Source: Octopus sinensis
Taxonomy: Eukaryota
Length of the DNA stretch: 14,018 nt
Reading direction: 5' to 3'
NCBI RefSeq assembly: GCF_006345805.1
Contig: NW_021825925.1
Coordinates: forward strand, 1-14,018
Below, one piece after another: positions 8,803 through 14,018 of this stretch (within the stretch, counting starts at the first letter, position 1; every line of letters starts with the position of its first letter). A model generated the notes under the pieces. That model saw only the letters and a list, made by a program, of their open reading frames with translations. It made no database searches and was not told the origin of the DNA. The position numbers were made by a program, and so were the translations under genes.

Positions 8803-8999
8803 GTGCATGGCATAGTGGTTAGGGGTTATGCACTCACGGTCGTGAGGTCATGGTTTCAGTTCCTGGACCAAGTGGTGCGTTGGGTTCTTGAGCAAAACAC
8901 TTCATCACATGTTGCTCTGCTACGATTACTTCGATACCTGACGAGTGGCATACACCGTGCACCTGTTCAGGTGACACCGGTTTAATGGAAGAAATGAGC
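8803..8999 (+). mobile_element. tRNA-derived SINE family B
   Basis: Consensus A box TGGCATAGTGG at 8808-8818, B-box-like GGTTTCAGTTCC at 8852-8863, and an 18-nt block identical to the reverse complement of 6680-6697. Confidence 0.75.
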
Positions 9000-9014
9000 A
9001 TACTACAAAGAAGT

Positions 9015-9095
9015 ATGCATGCATGTATGCATATATGTATGCATGTATGTGTGTATGTGTATGTATGTATGTATGTATGTATGTATGTATGTATG

Positions 9096-9124
<29 letters not shown>
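9015..9124. repeat. (ATGT)n microsatellite
   Basis: Long near-perfect tetranucleotide run. Confidence 0.95.
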
Positions 9125-9126
<2 letters not shown>

Positions 9127-9494
9127 GCAAGCTGTTTTTATGTCAGCTTGTAATATATATATAAAATCAATTTTAAAATTAAACTGAAGGATTACTCATA
9201 ATTTTTAGCTAGTATCAATCAATTATTAGTGGAAGAAAAGTTATCAGAGACCTCGAAATTTCAGATACTCGCTTTCATTCAGGTACCTTCCCTCTATATC
9301 ACTCACCTCCAAAAAAACTGGCCCAAAACAATATAAGACCAAAAAGAGTTTGATGAAGGCTACCAAGTCCAAACTTCGAAGTTACTGTCACCCTTTTTCT
9401 TGTAAAAGTGTGTGTGGTGTGTGTGTGTATGTGTGTCAAATAGAGAAGGGTACGGTAAGTAAATTACAAAAAAACTTCAAAATATTAGTAATAA

Positions 9495-9828
9495 TTCTAA
9501 TCTAGGCACAAGGCTAACAACTTTGAGGGGAGGGGCCTAAGTTGATTACATCAACCCCAATGCTAATCTGCCTCTTTATTTATGGTCCCCAAGAGGTAAA
9601 GTTAACACCAGCGGAATTTGAACTCGGAACGTAAAGAACCGGAAGAAAATGTCGCTAAGCAAATTTTGTCCGATTCGATAAAGATCCTCTCGGCTCACCG
9701 CTTTTAAAATAATTGTTTCAAATTTTGGCACAAGACCAGTAAATTTTCCGAGGAGGGGACGGGCGACTACATTGACCTCAGTGCTCGACTGGTTCGTATT
9801 TTATCGACCCCGAATGGACGAAAGGTAA
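9495..9828 (-). mobile_element. SINE family A: one near-full copy (9495-9707) plus one 5'-truncated copy (9714-9828)
   Basis: GGCACAAG ends at both; ATTTGAACTC at 9616; TTTTATCGACCCCGAA at about 9799. Confidence 0.7.
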
Positions 9829-10027
9829 TAAATAGTGCGGTTGACTGATCGGATTTTTTTTTTTTTAATAATCTTCATGGCGTGTTCTGCTTTAAACAAC
9901 CTTATCAATGGAACGAAATTAAAGACATAACCGAGGCATTTGACATTTACAAAAAAAAAAAAAAAGGAATGTTATGAAATTCTATAAATTTATGCTTTGA
10001 AATTGAAATAAGAATATTCAAAATACG

Positions 10028-10321
10028 GTAAATTTTTACCACCGCACCCCCACGTCTTTCAAAAAAAAAAACACGATTTTTCGCGTGAAATCACAGGGGT
10101 GAAATTTCCGAGGGCTCCCCCCCCCAAAAGTGGCATATTAGGAGTTCACGTAAATTCATACTACGAAAAAAAAAAGAAATTTCCAAAACATTCGGACCAC
10201 CAAAATAAGGGATTTGCGGGAAAGTAGTAGGTCAGGGGAGTTGATTCTACGCAAAAGAAATTTTTTTTAGGTGGGGGGGGCGTGAAAAGCGTGGGGGAGG
10301 GTCGAGGTGGTAAAAATTTAC
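10028..10321. mobile_element. MITE-like element with terminal inverted repeats
   Basis: Perfect 16-bp TIR: GTAAATTTTTACCACC at 10028-10043 and GGTGGTAAAAATTTAC at 10306-10321. It extends imperfectly inward (CCCCCACG(T)CTTT). No ORF; TSD unclear. Confidence 0.7.
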
Positions 10322-10327
10322 ATAACA

Positions 10328-10775
10328 ATCCTTTCTAATCTAGGTACAATGCCAGCAACTTTTAAGGATAAGTTGGGTAAGTGGATTACAACGACCCCTC
10401 AGTCAATTGTTTTTATTGACCCCGAAAGGATGAACGGTAAAGTATAAAACGGCAAGATCTAAAGCTAAGAAAGAGCCGGAAAATATCCCACTAAACAATT
10501 TGTCCGGAGCACTAACGGTTTTGCCAGCTTACCATCTTAATGGTAACCTTTCCCATAACAAGGTTTGAAATTTTTTTTCATTTCTTTTTTAGGGGTTGGA
10601 GAGAGGGCTAGTTGAGTTCATCGACCAAAGTGCTCAACTGGTACTTATTTTATCGATCTTAGGAAGATAAAACGCTAAGTCGACCTCAGAGACATTTCAA
10701 TTCAAAGCGTTAAGGCCGGAAGAAATGCTGTTAAGCATTTTTATCCGGCGTCCTAACAGTTCTGCCAGCACGCTT
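10328..10775 (-). mobile_element. Two SINE family A copies (10328-10540; about 10545-10775)
   Basis: GACCCCGAAAGGATGAA and CTGGTACTTATTTTATCGA central blocks, with TGCCAGC head ends. Confidence 0.7.
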
Positions 10776-10783
10776 ATTCATAT

Positions 10784-10962
10784 TGCTTTCAGATTTTAGC
10801 ACAAGGCCAGTAATTTCGGGGTAAGGGCAAAGACGATTGACTACATTCGACCCCAAGTGCTCAACTGGTACTTTGTTTTATCGACCCCCGAAAGAATGAA
10901 AAGCAATATCGAGCCTGGCGGCATTTGCACTCAGAACGTTAAGTCGGAAAAAATGCCGCGGT
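10784..10962 (-). mobile_element. SINE family A copy interrupted in its head by the plus-strand copy
   Basis: Colinear with the other copies up to ..GAAAAAATGCCGCGG. The missing head end appears to resume at 11206-11227 (ATTCTATCAGCTCACCGTCTT). Confidence 0.7.
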
Positions 10963-11200
10963 TAAGGCGGCGAACTGGCAGAATCGTTAGCACGCCGGTC
11001 GAAATGCGTAGCCGTATTTTCGTCTGCCGTTACGTTCTGAGTTCAAATTCCGCCGAGGTCGACTTTGCCTTTCATCCTTTCGGGGTCGATAAATTAAGTA
11101 CCAGTTACGCACTGGGGTCGATATAATCGACTTTAATCCGTTTGTCTATCCTTGTTTGTCCTCTCTGTGTTTAGCCCCTTGTGGGTAGTAAAGAAATAGG
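10963..11200 (+). mobile_element. Best-preserved SINE family A copy (tRNA head, conserved central domain, distinct tail)
   Basis: A-box-like TGGCAGAATCG at 10976-10986, B box GAGTTCAAATTC at 11039-11050, central block GCCTTTCATCCTTTCGGGGTCGATAAATTAAGTACCAG at 11067-11104. The central block resembles the Meta/MESC-type conserved SINE domain (from recollection, unverified). Confidence 0.85.
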
Positions 11201-11664
11201 AAAAAAATTCTATCAGCTCACCGTCTTCGCTGCTTTATTCATATTAATAATAAGAAACAATAGAATTTCTAACGTAAATTACTACTAAATAAATTCATGA
11301 ATAACTTAAGGAGTACTTAAGGAGTTGTATGTAAGGCAAAGGCAAGGCGGTACAGAATTATCGAATAAATCTGATCTACTTAGATGGGAAAAAAGGTCCA
11401 CATGTGAAAGTTAGAAAAAGCTCCGAAGGATGTCGTTCCTTAGAACAAGAGTATAAATTACGACTGAGACACGAGAAGAAGATAATAGTAAAACAGAAGA
11501 GAAAGTAGATGGTGTTAGGAAATGGAAATTGTATGTGATTTCGTGACAACCATGCCTTTCTATTTATTGTAAAACATTTACATATGTTCAAAGCGATGAC
11601 TAGAAGAGCCGGTACAAAAAAACTAGACGGTAATATATGTATGTGTGTGCGTGTATAAAAAAAG

Positions 11665-11671
<7 letters not shown>

Positions 11672-11717
<46 letters not shown>

Positions 11718-11749
11718 CGATATACGTGTGTGTGTGTGTCTGTGTGTCT

Positions 11750-11810
<61 letters not shown>

Positions 11811-11812
11811 TG
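11672..11812. repeat. (GATA)n followed by (GT)n microsatellites
   Basis: Seen directly. Confidence 0.95.
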
Positions 11813-12204
11813 TTTGTATATTCTAGAAAGTATTTAGTGGAAAGCTCCGATAAAGTAGCGGACACGTGCTAAAAAAAATGATGATGATGGTGGTGGTCGT
11901 GGTGGTGGTTCCTCGCAATGAGTCTCCCCCGACTCCCCCATCCCACTCTATCCCCCCCCCCACACACACTCACACACACACATACATGCATGCATACAAA
12001 CAAAGACGGGGCGAAATGCGAGATTTATAAAAAAAAAAAATATTAATAGCGCGTGTTATTACGAAGGAAGCTGAAATGCGTGTGATGTTGTAACAGTCAT
12101 GCCCTTCCACAATATGCAGTCAAGTATGCACACATTCATTCATTAGCATAAAAAATACATAGAACGTGGTGAAAATATTATTGATAATCATAATTATCAA
12201 TATT

Positions 12205-12311
12205 TTTTAAATATATTTTATGTATGTAAATAGATATGTGTGTGAGAGGTGTGTGTGTATTTTATATACACACACACACACACTAATTAGTATATTTCTT
12301 ATATATATATA

Positions 12312-12349
<38 letters not shown>

Positions 12350-12495
12350 TACATATATATATATGTGTGTGTGTGAGTGTGTGTGTTAATCCAAATAAGA
12401 ACAAGCACAAAAAACAACGCGAGGACGTGGAACAAGTACTGTGTTTACATTATTAGACGCTCAGGAAGGAAAGAATATATATATATATATATATA

Positions 12496-12539
<44 letters not shown>

Positions 12540-12680
12540 GTAATATATCATAAATTTACGTACACTCATGTAAATTATCTATGTATGTACATGTGTGAAA
12601 TAGATATGTATATATGTAAATATACATACATATATGTATTACATGTGTGTGTGTGGATATATATATATATATATATATCA
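12205..12680. repeat. (TA)n/(TG)n/(CA)n fields with a short non-repetitive island at 12390-12474
   Basis: Seen directly; near-pure (TA)n at 12475-12537. Confidence 0.85.
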
Positions 12681-12809
12681 TCCGAAATTGCTAAGATGAT
12701 CTGGTTCTTGACTGATGACTGAGGGCTTCGAATGTCCCGTCCTGTGGTTCTTGTGTCGTCTCTGTGGTGTTTCATGTTCTTGTCCATGTCTGTAATATTT
12801 TACTGTTTA

Positions 12810-12845
12810 CCTATATAATATATATTAATATATATATACATACAT

Positions 12846-12876
<31 letters not shown>

Positions 12877-13343
12877 CATACACACACACACACACATATA
12901 TATATATACATACACACACACACATATATATATATAATATATATACACATACGTATATATTATACAGCGCATATTTATATGTAATATACATAGATATCAT
13001 ATGTATGTATAAAGTTCTTAAATAGTAAATAATAGTAATGGTAATCAAAATATTAAAACATATACATGTGCATCGTGTTTATATTTTACATACGTGTGTG
13101 TGTTGTATATATATCTTTTATATATAATATGTATATAGTAGATTTATAGTATAGATATATAATATATATTATATATATATATATATATACAATATACACA
13201 AATAAATAATATAAGGTGTATGTATATTTTGTATATGTGTATTATATATATATATATATTGAGAAAGAGACGTCACGCTACATATGTAAGCATCTATATG
13301 TAAACCGCGTGAATACCTTACACACACACACACACACACACAC

Positions 13344-13388
<45 letters not shown>

Positions 13389-13410
13389 GTATGTACATGC
13401 GTATATATGC
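12810..13410. repeat. Compound (TA)n/(CA)n microsatellite field
   Basis: Seen directly; (CA)n at 13319-13385. Confidence 0.9.
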
Positions 13411-13754
13411 GACACAACAAACTACATTCACAGAGTGCATTTCAGAGCTTCGGTAATAAATAATGCTTGTTCTTAAAGACAAATAACAAAACGATTATTG
13501 TTATTATTGTATTTATTATTATTAAGACACTTACTACATAGATCCGGGTCTGAAGCAGAATCTCTTTCTCTCTCTATCTATATCTCTTTCCTTTTTTTTC
13601 TTTTCCTTGTTTCCTCGAAGCTTGTTACTATCCTATTATAAATATTTAATTCCTTGTTACTTTCTTCCTTAAAGCTCCGTGAAGAAGTGCGTGTGTTTGT
13701 TGCGATACACTCAAACTAACTCAAGAGCATACTTGATTGATCTTGGTGGCCGGG

Positions 13755-13927
13755 TCGGCGGCGGTGGTGGCGGTGGTAGTGGTGGTTGAATGTAGTTAAA
13801 GATGAAGATGAAGATGGTGAAGATGATGATGGTGATGTTGATGGAGATGATGTTGTTTCTTGCTGATGGTACTTAGAAACGATGATAGACGTTGATAGTA
13901 CTTGACGATGATGATGATGATGATGAC
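13755..13927. repeat. Imperfect (GGT)n/(GAT)n trinucleotide tract
   Basis: Seen directly; it explains the His/Ser-rich ORF at 13716-13955. Confidence 0.8.
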
Positions 13928-14018
13928 TGTACACGGTTAATGATAGCAGTACCAACAGTGGTGTGTGTGTATGTATGTGTACATATATAATATATATATA
14001 TATAATATATATATATAT

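Noticed and set aside
11330-11510. Open plus-strand frame of about 57 codons (..IYLDGKKGPHVKVRK..)
   Set aside because: No start codon, splice context or recognisable domain; purine-rich composition makes stop-free stretches likely.
13560-13700. Polypyrimidine tracts followed by AG as splice acceptors
   Set aside because: CT-rich low complexity is common here and no plausible exon or donor follows.
536-13955. ORF-track entries as protein-coding genes
   Set aside because: Most are translations of microsatellites (I/Y/C/V/H/T runs) or of SINE sequence with no recognisable domain. The only recognisable protein signal is the disrupted RTE fragment.

Overview
No intact protein-coding gene is supported. 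The window is AT-rich animal non-coding DNA (intron or intergenic) made of long (TA)n/(CA)n/(TATG)n/(GATA)n microsatellites and densely packed tRNA-derived SINE copies. The repeat landscape looks like octopus/coleoid cephalopod DNA, which is an inference from repeat style and not a search result. The ORF track is mostly microsatellite translation noise. Supported features: about 15 copies or fragments of one SINE family (A), mostly on the minus strand between 6.8 and 11.2 kb; copies of two further SINE families (B, D); a dispersed repeat (C) whose longer copy contains a degenerate dimeric tandem array; a decayed RTE-clade LINE ORF2 C-terminal fragment (4850-5151, minus); and a 294-bp element with terminal inverted repeats (10028-10321). 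The standout is a 291-bp insertion (1237-1527) flanked by a perfect 11-bp target-site duplication. It joins a tRNA-like Pol III head, an (AAT)n linker, a minimal type I hammerhead ribozyme of the Penelope-associated dimer-forming kind, and a 9-nt tandem tail, making it a candidate ribozyme-carrying SINE.
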